From Protoeuglena noctilucae (lineage: Eukaryota): a DNA stretch of 64,000 bases. Location of the stretch: assembly GCA_958009085.1 (NCBI GenBank), contig OY253672.1:1550001-1614000 (forward strand), given 5' to 3'. A program made the position numbers and the translations under genes. Shown here piece by piece: positions 1 through 13,500 of the stretch. Position 1 is the stretch's first letter, and each line of letters opens with the position of its first letter. The notes under the pieces were generated by a model. It saw only the letters and a list, made by a program, of their open reading frames with translations. It was not told the origin of the DNA and made no database searches.

Positions 1-19
1 TCTCGTTCGTCCCTCGCAG

Positions 20-3000
20 GGCGAAGGAGGAGATCGAGTCCAAGATGCGTGCCGTGGAGTCGGACCTGGCTGCCAAGGCGGCGGCGCTTCACGTGGAGCA
101 GGAGCGGGCGGTGGAGATGGCGCGGAGGCACGAGGCCATGGTCCCAAAGGAGGACGCCGCCAGGGTGGAGGCGAGGGGGGTGGTCGCTGATGTTGTCTGT
201 TGTTGCACTGATCGCAATCACCGCTTCCTTGGTCTCTATCAACAAACGCACCTTGCTCCCCGTCACCTCTCCGCATCGGTGCCGGTCGCCGCCCACCATG
301 CATCGACTGCAGTCACGAGTGCTTCTCTCTGTCGCGTGACTGGCCCCGTGCCTCCTTCGCCGCAGGAGCGCGCCCGTTCTGCCGAAGAGGAACTGCGCCG
401 CGTGGAGGAGCGACTGGTGGTGGTGCAGCGGCAGGCGGACGACGCCCACGCGGCCGCGTCTCAGGCCGAGGTGCAGTCCACCGCCGCCACCGCCGAGCTC
501 CACCAGCTGCGGGCGGCGGTGCGGGAGATGGCGCAGCGGTCGGACGCATCGATGGCCGTCGCCAGATACACGGAGGAGGTGGTGGGGCTGCGGCAGGAAC
601 AGGCGCTGCTTCGGTCGCAGCTGACGCGCAGCGAGAGGGACCGGGAGCGCCTCGTCCACGCCAACCTGTCCCTGGAAAGGAGCATCGCGCAGGTGAGGGT
701 TGAGGAGAGGGTGCTTGGCAGTCGAGGTGTCGACGGCAACCCACAGGGTGTCAACTGCTGACCTATGTCGCTGTCTAAGCGGGGTGTCTAAGCGGAGTAC
801 TGTCAGTACCTTAGCGGGAGTTGTGACTGTACCCAGAAGGTGAGCCCTGTCGTCACATCATCACTCTCCTTGCCCCGCAGCACATGCACGAGACGGACGC
901 GCTGCGTGCCAAGCTGGTGGAGACCAAGCAGCGTGCCGTGGGGGCGGAGGCGCGGCTGGCGTCGCTGCGGGCTTCGTCGGTTGAGCCGCACCGCGCGGAG
1001 CGGTGGGCGAGGGCGGCGGCAGACGCGCGCAGGCGGTGCAAGTGGATGGGCGAGGCCATGGACGCTCTGCGCGAGCAGGCGAGGGCGGGGAGCACGATGT
1101 GACATGCGGGATTTGCCTCACGCAGCATCTGCCTTATCCCAAGCAATGCTCACCTTAAGCGCGCTCACACGCTGCAAGCGAACGTGATCCCAAGCAACGC
1201 TCACCTCGCTGCAACCAAGGCTGTCCTGCGTGCTAATCCCGGCCTTACCTCTCCCGCCTGTTCGATCGCAGGTCGTGACGTGGGCGATGCGCGTGGTGGG
1301 CAAGGAAGAGGCGGCGGATGCGGTGCTGTACGCCAAGTCGTTGCAAACAGTGACGGAATCCGAGGCCAAAAAGGAGGCGGTGCGGCTGCGGGAGCAGCTT
1401 GGCCGAGAGAAACTCACCCGGACCAAGGCGGAGAGGCGAGGGGGGTAGGGGAGTGGCACAGCACGTTGCCACAGGGAGGGGCGTAGCACGATGCCGGGAT
1501 GTTTCACAGTGCATGTTGTTGCATAGGCTATAACTTGCTTAGCGCATGCCCTATGCGCGTGCGGCGTCCCTCCTCCGCACACGCTGACACCAGAGCACGT
1601 TCCTGCAGGGAGCGCATGGTGCTGAATCAGAAGGCCGACTTCTTGTCGCACGTGAACGGGGAGCTGGAGGAGCGCATCGAGGAGTTGGAGAAGGGCGCGT
1701 TGGAGGAGTCGGAGTCGCTGGAGAGGGCCCGGGAGGAGGCGCAGGGGCGAGCGGACCGCGCCGACGCCGAGGCCGAGGCACTGAGCCAGGAGGTGGGTGG
1801 GGACATGGGTGGGGACAGGAGCGGCAGCGGGAGCAAGGGATATGTTATATGTTCTATGTGTTTCTTATAAATATTGCATTTTGTCGGATTTGGGTTTTCG
1901 ACAGAAAGTCCCTCCAAGCCACGTGTTGTCTGCAGCAGTCACACGATTCGTGCTGACACCCGCGTGTGTGTGTGTTACCCTTGCAGGTGGTGAAGCTAAA
2001 GAAGGAGGTCACGTCGCTGGAAGCCAAGCTGTCCGACGAGCAGATGTCGGGGATGCTGCTGAAGAGGGTCCGGGAGGACGCGCGGAGACAGGAGACGGGA
2101 GGGGCGGACGCGGCCGCCATGAGGCGAGGAGCGCACGGGCCAGCACGTGCATCTGCAATCGGCCCGAAGTCAAGCCTGACTCTGCTCTCACTAGTAGTAC
2201 CTATTCTCACTAATAGTACCCACCAAGAGTGTGGCAGAGGCAGCACCCGCCACCCGTTCACCTCCCACCCACGCTCCTCGCAGTGCCATGGAGCGTGACG
2301 CTATGCTAGAGCAAGTGGAGAGGCACAAGATGGTGCGGATGGAGCTGGAGGAGGCCAAGACGGCGCTGGAGGCCGCCACGGAGGCCCTGCGAGACCGGGA
2401 CGAGCAGATCCTGCAGCTGGCGGCGGACCGGGACCGACTGGGCGCCTTGGCAGCGGCGGCGGCCGCGTCAGCCCGGTCCTACGACGCAGCGCCGGGGCTG
2501 TCGTCCCGCGCGGCTGCGGCCGGCCCCGCGACGCCCACCACGCCGCGGCGGCGGGGCGCGGGAGGGGCTGCGGGCGGGGCCGCAGGCGGTGCGCTGTCGG
2601 GTCACGGTGCCGAGGCGGCTGCGGCGGAGATTGACCGATTGGAGGCGAAGGTCCGGGAGCTGCGGGGCGAGGTGGAGAAGCTGCAGCGGGAGCGGCAGAC
2701 GCAGCGAGAGCACGCGGCGAGGGAGGTGGCGGAGCTGCAGCGTCGCCTGACCGACGCGCAAGAGGAGCGGGCACGGGTGGAAGCGCGGCTGGCGGCGGCA
2801 GAGGCACTGCCTCGGGGCAATCGGGGGCGGAGCGGGAGCGGGGCGGCGACGGTGAGTGGGGGTAGTGGGAGCGTGCAGGGCTGACCGGGGTATGGGCGCT
2901 GCGTGGTGGCGAGCGTGTGTGGTAGCGAGGGTGCGTGGTGGTTGTGTGCAACACCCGGCGCTCCACCAGACGCCCCTGGCTGCACGGAACGGAACTCTGC

Positions 3001-6000
3001 AAAGCGTATTCATCCCCATCTGGTTGTCTTCATCTCCCCCGCAGCCGAGGACGCCCCAGAGCGCGACGCCCTTGGGCCGCGGCAGCGTGCCACCCCCGAG
3101 CCAGGCACGTCAGATGGAGGGGTTAGAGGACGCGATGCGGGACCTGCGGGGGCGCCACGAGGCGGAACTGGCGCGTCTGCGGGCGCGCGAGGCCGAGCTG
3201 GAGCGTGAGCTGGCCGAGCGAGAGGAGGCGGTTGCGCGGATGCGGGAGGAGCGGGACCGTGCGAGGGTGAACCCGAAAGCAGCCCGGGAGGCCAGCGAGC
3301 TGCGCCGGCAGCTGGTGGAGCGGGACGCGCTCAACGGCAAGCTGCGGGCGGCGATCAAGGACCTGGAGGGCCGCCTGCGTGTGTTGAGGGAGGAGCACGC
3401 GACTCGGCTCAGTCAGCTGGTGGATAAGAAGGCGGATGTGGACGATGCTGTGGATGGGCGCATGAAACTGGTCGAGGACAGGGTCGCGGACATGGCCAGG
3501 GAGGCCATGGCCAAGGACAAGGTGAGAGGATGGCGCGGTGCTAACAGTGTGATGCCATGCGAGGGGCTTGCGAGGTGACGTAGAGTTGTCTGGGAATTAA
3601 TGCATGACTTGGTATATAGAGATAATCGTCGGCGTTCCTACCTTCCTGCTTCGGTCGGTGCTGACGGTGCTGTGGTCGGTCCTTACCCTCACCCTACCCA
3701 TTACGAGCCCGTGAGTCGCCGTCATGTTGCAGAAGATTTCCAAGCTGGAGCGGCAGTTGGCGGACGCGAGGGACCTTTACGAGAAGGAGAGACTCAAGGT
3801 GGAGAAGGCGGTGAAGGACAAGGAGGCAGCGCTGGTGCGTGTCGTGGCGACGGAGCACAATGACGCCTGCCGCGATGTTGTCATCATGGTCATTTGACCA
3901 TGGTCCTTACAAGCTATTACATTCTTGCACTGGTCCTTACTAGCTGCCGCGCTATCGCTTCGCCGCAACATGGCTGTCATTGCAATGTTAGGATATAGAG
4001 AACGTCGCTTTCACTCCCACCCGTCTCCTGCAGGCCACCGTGAGGGCCGCGCGCCCCCGCACCGCTGGCCATGTCGACCGCAGCGGATTCTCCGAGGAGG
4101 CAGCAGGCGCGGGCGGCTCCCCTCCCCGACCGCCCCGGGTGAGCGTGACACCTGCTTTGCCGTGATCACCTGTGCTCGATGCTCATACCTGGACCCGACT
4201 GAAGCTCCCGGCCATCATTCAGAGCCATGCCATCGCAGTCCGTTATCTGTGCTGCCCACTCCTCCGCTGCGCCTAACCGCTGCAGCTGCTCCAATCTTTG
4301 CTGATCCGCTCCTCTGTTGCCCCACCGCAGGGTCAGGACAACGCGACGGTGCCCGTCCCCAGCCCGGCCCTGCCCCCCGGCCTCCCATCGCTGGCACAGC
4401 TGGCGGAAGCGAGCCGGCCCGGCACGGCCGCGGGCCTGGACCTGAGCGCTACCGGCACGGCGCGCGACGGTGGCGACAGGGAGGGCGGGGACCGGTCCGC
4501 GCGTGAAAAGGTGTTTGAGCACAAGTGCGCAAAGCTGAGAGTACAGGTAAAGGAGCTGCAGATGGAGGTGGAGGATCTGCAGGAGCGGCTACGGGCGCAG
4601 GCGGGGGCGCGGGAGCTGGCAGCGGCGGGCCGGGAGGGTCCGGGCGCGCTTGCGGAGGCGGAGGCGGCGCCATCGGCAGCGACGGCGGCGGCGCGTGCGC
4701 GGTGGGAGGAGGGGAAGAAGCTGCAGCGGAAGCTAGAGGTGGCGCGTGGGAAGCTGGAGCAGTGTCTGGAGAAGCAGCGGGCGGCGGAGGTGGATGCCGA
4801 GAGGCACCGCGATAGAGCGGAGAAACTGGAGGGGACGGTGCAGGCGCTGATGGCCCAGGCGGACGCAGCGACGAGGCGCGCGCGGGAGGCGGAGGCGGGG
4901 GGCAAGCTGCGGCGGCAGGTGCGGCGGCGGCTGAGCAGCCGGCGTGCACTTTGCGGGTCGATGTCGGTGTCGACAGCGAGGGCGCTCCATCGTTGTTGTT
5001 CGCTCTCTGTTGCAGTTGGAAGCGGAGCGCGCCGAGTCCTCCCGACTGGCGGAGGAGGTGGATTCGCTGCGTGAGGAGGTGCAGAGGCTGCGGCAGGACA
5101 TGGCGGGGATGGTACCTCCCGAGAAACACGCAGCGGCCATGCAGCGACGCAGGCAACTCAAGGAAGCCCTGGCACAGGCGCAGGCGAGGGGTTAGGGGAA
5201 AGGGGATGGGTTGATGGGTTTTGGCTTGCGGGTGGATGGGCCGACGGGGCTGTGTCCTGCCAAGGGTCGTGCAGTTGGCAAGGTGGTGGGGGCATGGGAA
5301 TCGTCGCCATGATTGTAATCGCTATTGCTGCTCTCTCGTTTGTTCAGGTGGAGAAGGAGGACGTGGCGGCACGTCTGGCAGACGCCGCGCAAGAGGCGCA
5401 GCGGCAGAGGGCGCGGGCAGATGCAGCAGAGGCGGCAGCGACACGCGCCGAGCAGCAACTGGCGGCACACAGGGACGCCAGCGTGCCCAGGGAACAGGCG
5501 CAGCGGTTCAGGTTGGTATTCAAATGGCGGCATGCAGTCTGGCGTGCAGTCTGGCACCCCTGCATGGCTACGGGGTAGGCGAGATGCGATGTTACGTTTT
5601 CACGCACAGCACCCCACCCTTGTCCCTGCACCCAGGCTGTGGGTGGCGGAGCTCGAGAGCCAGGTGCACGAGAAGGACGAGCAGATCAAGGCGCTGCGGG
5701 GCCGGGTGGATGACTTGGAAAAGTCGGTGCCCGTGGCTGCACCCGCCCCTGCCGCTGCCACTGCCGCCAGTGCACCCTCGGAGGAGGTCCGGGCGCTCAA
5801 AGCGCGCGTCGCCGAGCTGGAGTCCGAGAACGCCGCCATGCGGTGAGGGGCGACTGCGGGCGCGTGTCTGGTTGCATCATTTCTCACCCCGTCCGTCCTA
5901 TGCACATGTCCGTCTCAGAGAGGGTCGATGGGTGTGTTTGATAACGATGGTCAATCGGCTGGGAGGATCGTGAAGAGCGATTGCGACAATGTCTAATCTT

Positions 6001-6133
6001 GCTTGTTCGTTCGCTTTGCAGGGAGAATCTGGATGCTTTCGACGCGGAGTTCTGGGAGCAATTGGAGGACCTCAAGTACGAGCACGCGCAGTACAAGGAG
6101 ATGCTGCAGAGCCACGGACTGCTCGACGAGTAG
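20..6133 (+). CDS. CEP290: CEP290-like centrosomal/transition-zone coiled-coil protein, 3' portion (multi-exon; 5' end lies upstream of the window)
   Basis: Series of E/A/R/L-rich coiled-coil exons. The last exon reads ENLDAFDAEFWEQLEDLKYEH..., resembling the conserved CEP290 C-terminal 'FDPSFFEEIEDLKYNY' motif. Stop TAG at 6131-6133. Confidence 0.75.
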
Positions 6134-6365
6134 TGACTAGCGACACCAAGCGCGGACCTGCGGGCGACAGTGGTCGTACATGTGCGGTTTTGACCCTAGC
6201 ACGAAACGCACACTGGCAGGGCACCCTCGGATGGTGCCCGCTTCCGATTGCTAGTTGGATGCTCGGCAACTCTCTGTAGCGCCCTCACACCTGCGATGGC
6301 TGAAAGAAAACACGCGTTCGCATTCTAGAGCGCTGCGGTGGAGGCACACACACTTTCCAGGGCCC

Positions 6366-7404
6366 ATGCAGAAAGTCCTGGCGTCCAGGGCCTATCTTGG
6401 GCCGCCTGCGCCCGTGGGAAGGCAGACACTGGGACGCAATGTGGTTTGCGCAGCGCATCGTTCCAGGAGGGCGATGATTGCCTCGATCCCATGCGTTCTG
6501 ATGGCCACCGGTGCGTGCGCGCGCGGAAACATCCGATGCCATCTCCGTCGAGCTAAGCGATTGCGATGTAAGACTTGTCGCACCGCGTGCTTGCCCCAGG
6601 GTCCGCTCCTGGCGCGGCCAGGGCCGAGGACTTGACCATCCTCAGCGACGATCCGGGCTTCGGGCAGATGAAGGCGCAGGAGCGAGATCTGCTCTTGATA
6701 CATTACAAGGTGACTCTATGCTCCTTTGCAAGCGTCCCCTCGCACCTGCGCTGGACTCCCAATGCAACGTGTCGCCCACCATGCACACATGCAGGCGTAC
6801 GTTGGGGACACTGTCTTTGACTCGACCATCGGCGACGGCCTCCGATACAGGGACGGCGGCAGGGGCGTGACGCGGCCTGCCATCGTCCGCCTCAGCAGGG
6901 ACAGCCCTGTGCCAGGCATCACCGAGGCGAGTTGCCACGCATGCCGCGCTGCTGGTGCACACCAACCCAACCATCCATGCAAGGGGTTGTTGGCAACCCC
7001 TCAGGGTGCAGGGAGATTACTTGCCCTTTCCTTATTCCAACAATCGCCGCAGGGGCTTCAGATGGGGCTGACAGGGATGGCCATCGGGGGCAAGCGCGTG
7101 TTCACGGTCCCTCCCCAGCTGGGCTTCGGGAGCCAGACGGTCCTGGCGCCTTACGCTGTGGTGCCCGCTAACAGCACGTTACGGTGAGGAAGCCTGCGAT
7201 GAGCATCGCATGAGCTGGCATGGGTCGCACCGAGTGAGCTCTCACCTTCCGCACTCTCGCATCACTCGCAGATACGAGGTGCAGTTGCTGCGGCTGTCAC
7301 GCACAGGGCCGGACAACCTGACGGCGGGCATTGTCCAGTGCGGCCAGGGCGGCGCAGGGCAGCAGACGGCGGGCTGTGGGAAGATCACGTTCGCAGAGTT
7401 CTGA
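6366..7404 (+). CDS. FKBP-type peptidyl-prolyl isomerase, probably thylakoid lumenal (5 exons)
   Basis: Transit-peptide-like N-terminus with twin-Arg RRAMIA. FKBP motifs LIHYKAYVGDTVFDST, GLTGMAIGGKRVFTVPPQLGFG and VPANSTLRYEVQLL assemble across splice junctions. Confidence 0.85.
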
Positions 7405-7580
7405 TTGAAAGGGACACGATAGACTACGGTACGCTACAGTGATGGGCGGGTGCCTAAGTGCAAGTGCCAACGATCAGATGCTACGCGCGCTGGGCGGTGC
7501 AAGACACGGGCAAACGGGCGAGCAAGCGCAGCTGCTGTTCATCCAAGGATGGGCGATCACGCGCCAGTGCCATCGCCAGT

Positions 7581-10500
7581 CTAGAACGCCAAGGCGCAGA
7601 ACAGGGCGACCCCCCTGGCGACCCAGTGCTTCTGTTCCTGGTCGCTGGGGATGTCTACGAAGAGCACGAAGTTGGTGGAGTGTCCCGTCGTGGACAGCTC
7701 GCCCTTGCGCGTGAGGGTCTTGTACACGGGGCAGCTGTACACGCCCTCGGCGGGCGGCTCGCGGTCCTTGGTGGGCTGCAGCCACAGGATGGGCATCTCC
7801 GTGAAGAGCTCCTTCGGCCGCGACTCGTCGAGGATGTGCGTGTCCTGGTTCCACCGCGCCCCCTCCAGGAAAAGACCGTGAACATAGCACCCGTCATCAG
7901 GACCCGCCTCCACCTCGGCCGGGTCGGGGATGTGGTCCATGACTCGGAATTCGAACGAAACCGCGTCGATCGCGAACGTGTACTTGCGCGCGAAGTTCTG
8001 AAGCGTGCCCGTGAGGAAGGCCTGGGGGAACACGAACCCAGAGATCCAAAAGACGGTCGGGGGGCCGTGGTCCACCCACCGCTGGATGAAGGCGGTGCGG
8101 TCGAGCAGGTCCGACACCCAGCTCGAGAGAGGCTTGAGCGAGGGATAGGCCTTCTTCTCCCAGTCTCCCGGGACCTGGTTGTCGAAGATCGCATTCGCGA
8201 TCTTTTCCAAGTCGCCCGACATCACCACCAGGCCCTTCAGCGCCTTCACCGTCTGCCGCAGCGTCGCGGCCATCAGCTCCAGCAGCACGTTGTACCGGAT
8301 GCACTCCTGCGTCAGCACCGTGTTCATCGACTCGGAGTAGGCGGTGGGGTACCGCTTCACCACCTCGTCGATCGGGAAGGGACCGGGGATGTGCGCGAGG
8401 ATCTCGTCGCACTTGGACTCGATCACCGCCTCGCGGGACACCCCGCCGCCGCCGCCCGTGCGCGGCTGCAGGCCCAGGATGGTCCCGAACATCTCGTACG
8501 TCTCATTCTGGTCGCACGTGATGTCGGCGTTGTCGTGCAGACCGAAGATCTCGGGGGAGGGGGAGATCGGCAGCTGCGAGATGTAGTCCAGGTAGTCCCG
8601 CAGCACGATCGCGTCCGTGGTCCTGCGAACGCAGCACGATAGCGGTCATTCAACACGTCGCGTTTGCGGGCGCGGGCGACAAGCGCGCCAGACACCTCGC
8701 CTATCCCAGTAAACCCATCGTTGCTCACTTGTATGTCCCCGATGGGGAGAACTGATACCCGACTTCCAGCACCCCCTCGCACACGAACCCTTCCAGTAGC
8801 AAGTTGATGAGGCGCCGGTCCTTGTCATCTGTGACACGCCCCCCGTAGTTGATCTCGGAAGTCAAGAATCGGATGACGCGGTAGGGGATCGCCTCGTACT
8901 CGTCGAGGTACTGGTGCGTCTGGGCCAGCGATATCTGCAAGTCGCCGTCGGTGAAGTCGTAGCGGATGTTCCACCCCAAAGGGCCGTACTTGCGGCGGTC
9001 CTGGATGACCGCGTGGAAGAGGCACATGCCGAACAGCAGGCGCCGCCACGCCTCCGGTTTCTGGCTGTTGGCCAAAAAGTCGTCGTCGAAGCGCGTGAAG
9101 GAGCGCAGGAGGTTGCTCTTGAGGCCCTTGGGCGGCTCCAGGGTCATCTTGACGCCGTTCTGGAGAATGGAGACAGGGAAGGTGGGCGTGGGGAGCGCCG
9201 TGAGCCAGAGGCGGAAGTGGGGGTTGACGTGCTCGGGGTTGATGTTCTCCACTATGCGGTCGAGGTCAGGCATCCAGGAGGACGCCAGGTGGCAGTTCTG
9301 AAGGCACACCCACTTGCCCACGTCCATCGCCTCGCGCAGGAGCGCCTGCGGGGGAGACACGGGGCGAGGATTAGGCGGCGGGGAGTGCTACCTAGTCGTT
9401 GCGGTGGCATGTGAATGTGCGGGGTATGGTGATAGCAGCTGGGGACGGGTCAACGGCAAGGCTTGCGGTCAGGTGATCAGAGCGATGCGGGTGTGGTGGC
9501 AGGCGAGCGAGCGGGGCGTGACACAAGCAGCCGAGCAACCGTGCAACGTCGACGTCCCATCCACCGCCACCTGCACCCGCTCCACCTTATCCTCCCCGCC
9601 ACCCCCGCCAGTTCTCACCTCTGCCTTCTTGCCCTGCCCCTTCCCCAGGGACACTTGGTCGAACCGCTTGCTCATCTTGAGCTCCTCTGCCAGCTTCCAG
9701 AGGTCCTGCATCGGGTCCGCGCCCGGCGACAGCACGAAGATGAGCGGGATGGCAGGGGATGCCTCGCGGAAGCACGCGGCGAGGTCGAAGGGCGGGAGCT
9801 CGATGAAATCGGAGCCCAGCTCCCCCGCAATGAAGTCCCGCACGCCGCTGATGCACTTGTCCGGCCGGAAGCACCGCAGCACGAGCAGGCGCTGGAAGGG
9901 CGTAAGGATGGACTGCCAGGGCTCCGGGAGCGGGTGCCGGTGCGACTCGTTCGAGTCGAAGAGCTCGCGGTAGGCGGGGAGGTGGTCCACCACGCTCTGG
10001 ATGAAGTTCTTGAAGCTGGGGAGCTGCGAGACGTTCCAGAGCTCGGCCCAGCACTGGTCGGTGATCCAGTCCGCGTCAGCGGGCTTCTCGACGTCGATGT
10101 TGGTGCTGGTGGGCCCGGCGAGGAGGTAGCGCCACTCGTCGGGGTCGATGCGGCCAGCCGACTGCAGGATCTTCACGATCATCATGAACGAGAAGGTGAG
10201 CTTGTGTTTCTCGAACAGCGACCGGCACACGTTGACGTATAAACTCAGCGTGAAGTGGTCGTTGAGGTGCCGGCCGCGCTCGGCCACGTCGTCGCTCCGC
10301 TCGGCCTCGTGGATGCCCCGCACGAAGAGCGCAATGTACCAGGCGAGGGAGTACTGGTACATCGGGTCGATCAGCGCCAGGTCGGAGATGCAAAAGAAGA
10401 GGAGAGACGCCCGCAGGGCCACGGGGCGGTACAGCTCCCGCGTGGCATCGATCTCTTTCTCGGTACGCTCGGCCTCGGCCACCTTGGAGGCGATCTCGTT

Positions 10501-13500
10501 GGAAGTGACCTTGGACTGGCTCAGCGTCGCGATGAGCACCTCGTCCTCGAGGATATCTCCCGATGACGCGCTCAGCAGCTCGAGGATCTTGTCCTCGATC
10601 TCCTTGAGCTCCTTCTTCATCTTGGCGTTTGAAACCATGAGCTGCGTCTTCATCTCGGACAGGTCCGGGCGCTCCTCCGAGACGACTGTGTTGAGGAGCT
10701 GGTCCTCGAGGCCCTCCGGCGTGACGAAGAAGTTGAGCAGCGAGACCTTGACCGAGACCTCGGGCGGGAAGTGCGGGTTGCGCAGCTTGGTGGTCATGAA
10801 GAGGCGGAAGTCGGCCGAGTAGGGGATGATGTTGTCGCCGATCTTGATCACCTCCTGCCCGCCCTGCTTGAACGTCTGCTTCAGCAGCACCGGCTCAATC
10901 GCCGGGTCAAGCGACTCGCCCACGCTCTCCAAAAGCACCGCGCGGCCGAATCGAACCCCGTTCTCCAGCGGGCGAAGAAAGTCCTTGTCGGTGAACTTGA
11001 TGATGTCGAGCTTGTCCGCCTCCATGTTGCGGATCCACTTGTTGGCCTGCCCCTGCGGGTCGATCATGAGCGGCCACCGCCGGGCCTTGTGCATGATGAT
11101 GGCGTTCTCGATCGACACCGCGTCCGTCGGGAGGCCCGCGATGGTCCACGCGCGCGTCTGCACGGGGTCCTCGAGCACCCGCACGATGCTGGCGCCGGGC
11201 GTGTGGGGCAGGTCCAGGTCAACCATCGCCGCGTGCCACTGCTTGAGCAGCCGCTCGCGGAATAGCGGCGTGAAGGGCCCCAGGTACGCGATGGACCCCG
11301 CGGCCACTACCACGTCGCCCACCACGTTCACCAAGTCCGAGCTCAGCTGCTTGACCGTGTTTTGCCACCGCACACGCTCCCCGCCCAGGCCCCCGATCAG
11401 CTTGTCTGCCCGGTCCAGCCGAACCTGGCACTCGTGCAGCTCCGCCTGCAGCGCCTGCTTCTTGTCGTTGGCCTCCCGGAAGCCCCGCTGCAGCTCCTCG
11501 ATCTTGTCTTGCACCGCCCGCAGCTTGGCCTGCGCCTCGGCCAGCTGCTCCGTGGTGAGACGGTACGCCTCCTCGGCCACCGCGAACCGCTCCCGCAGCG
11601 GCGCGACCTTGAGCGCGACGCCGTGGTACTTGTGCATCGACCGCACCCACTTGCACATGGCGGTGCACGCTTTAGACGACTTCTCGATCTCCACCGGCAT
11701 GAAGTCGGGGTTGTCCATGAAGGGCTGGATGGCCTCGATCGTCTTGCTGGGGATGTTGTCCTTGTCGTAGTCGAGGAGCGAGCGGATGAACCGCTTCGGG
11801 TCCTGCATGCGTTTTTTGGCCTGGTCCCAGTAGTACCGCTCCTTGCGGCCCGTCTCTGGGTTCTCCTTCATGTCGGGCTTGTCCCCGAACATGACGCAGA
11901 CGGCGTCCATGGTCATGATGACGCCCTTGGGGGGCTTGATCAGCACGCGCACCTCCTGGATGTCCTTGATGTCGAGCTCGTTCAGGCTCTTCACCGCCTC
12001 CTCCAGCGCCGGCAGCGCCTCGTCCAGCTGCGACTGCGCCTCGATCTTGATCGACTCCGCCTCCGCCGCCTGCTTGTTCGCCTCTTTCTCCTGCTCCTCC
12101 ACCACGACCCGCGTCGCGTCGGCCTCCCGCTGGTCGTGCTCAATCACGACCAAAAGGTTCTCCACCTCTTTGGAAGTCCTCTCCAGCACCGGCTGCTTGT
12201 CCAGGATCTGCTTCTGCAAATCCTTCACGATCTCCTGCGCCCCGGCGAGCTTGTCCAAACCAATCTCCAGCCGCCGCTTGCCCTCGTTGATGTCCCGACG
12301 CTTGTCCTCTAACAACGTGATGAAGGTTGTTAACAGCTCGAGGTACGAGGTGGGCGTGACGTAGTTGTAGCGCCGCAGTTCCTCGAAAACGGCCACGGAC
12401 GCCCGCTCCACCGACTGGTGGATGACCGTGAAGGACTGCACGACCCCACGTGCCAGGTCGGCGTGGCGGTTGGGGTCGGCGGAGAAGGACACGTCGGCGA
12501 GGAAGCTATTGGCGACGGACGTGAGCGCCTCGTCGGGCCATTCGTGGAACCAGTCGATGGTGCAGCAGTTGACCAGCGAGGGGAACATGCGGAGGCGCCG
12601 GCGGAAGGCGTCCCCGATGGGCGACATGCAGATGACGCAGTGGAGGTTCTGGCGCACCCGGCGCGTGAAGAAACTCAGCACCGAGTAGGGCGTCACGGGG
12701 ATGCCCTCGGCGGCCATGACCTTGGTCAGCGCGTCCGTGATCTCCTCCATATCCTCCGTCGCCATCAAGTTTGGAACCTCGCCCGCGTTGAGGATGTTGT
12801 TGACGTCCTCCAGGAACGACTCCTGCACGATCTGCGTGTCCGTCAGCATGAAGACCGTGTCCTTGGCCTCCTTCCCTGCCATCTTGAGCACCCGCTTCAG
12901 GTCGTCGCGCCAGTCGCTCGGACCGTACCCCTTGACCACCTCGATCGAGAAGAGCTCGTACTCCTCCATGTACGCCGCCAGGCGCGTGAGGCTCTGGCGC
13001 CCGGAGCCGCCCACGCCGAGCAGCAGGGCGTTGCCCAGCGGCAGCCGGATGACCCGGCAAACGCGCGAGACGTGCTCGACCGCGTCGAGGAACATCACCA
13101 GGCGCATGGGCGTGGAGGCCAGGGAGTTGTAGTCGTCCAGGTATTCCTGCACCACCTTGAGCAGCTGCTGCATGTTGGTGATAGGGGCGTACACGCGGGG
13201 GTCGGCCCCGGGGACAAGGTAATCCCCGAACAGCACGCGCTCCGACTTGACCACGTCGGTGTACTGCCGCCCGAAGTGGCGGTCGAGCAGCCCGTGCATG
13301 GTGGCGTCGAACCACGCGCTGTCGCCCGCGTTGATGAGGCGGTCGCGGAAGACGCGCATGCACTCGTGGATCCACAGCATGAGGGCCGCGTCGGGCCCCT
13401 GCACGATGCGGGGGTCGGCGCGCATGAAGCCCTGTACCACGCGGCCCATGTCGCGGAGGTTGAAGGTGTAGTGGGACTTGGAGGGCGTCGGGAGGAGCTC

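Noticed and set aside
6131..6136. TAG TGA at the CEP290 end, suggesting TAR=Gln recoding as in some ulvophytes
   Set aside because: Dynein ends at TAG at its expected C-terminus, and no in-frame TAA/TAG occurs in the long conserved exons, so the code is standard.
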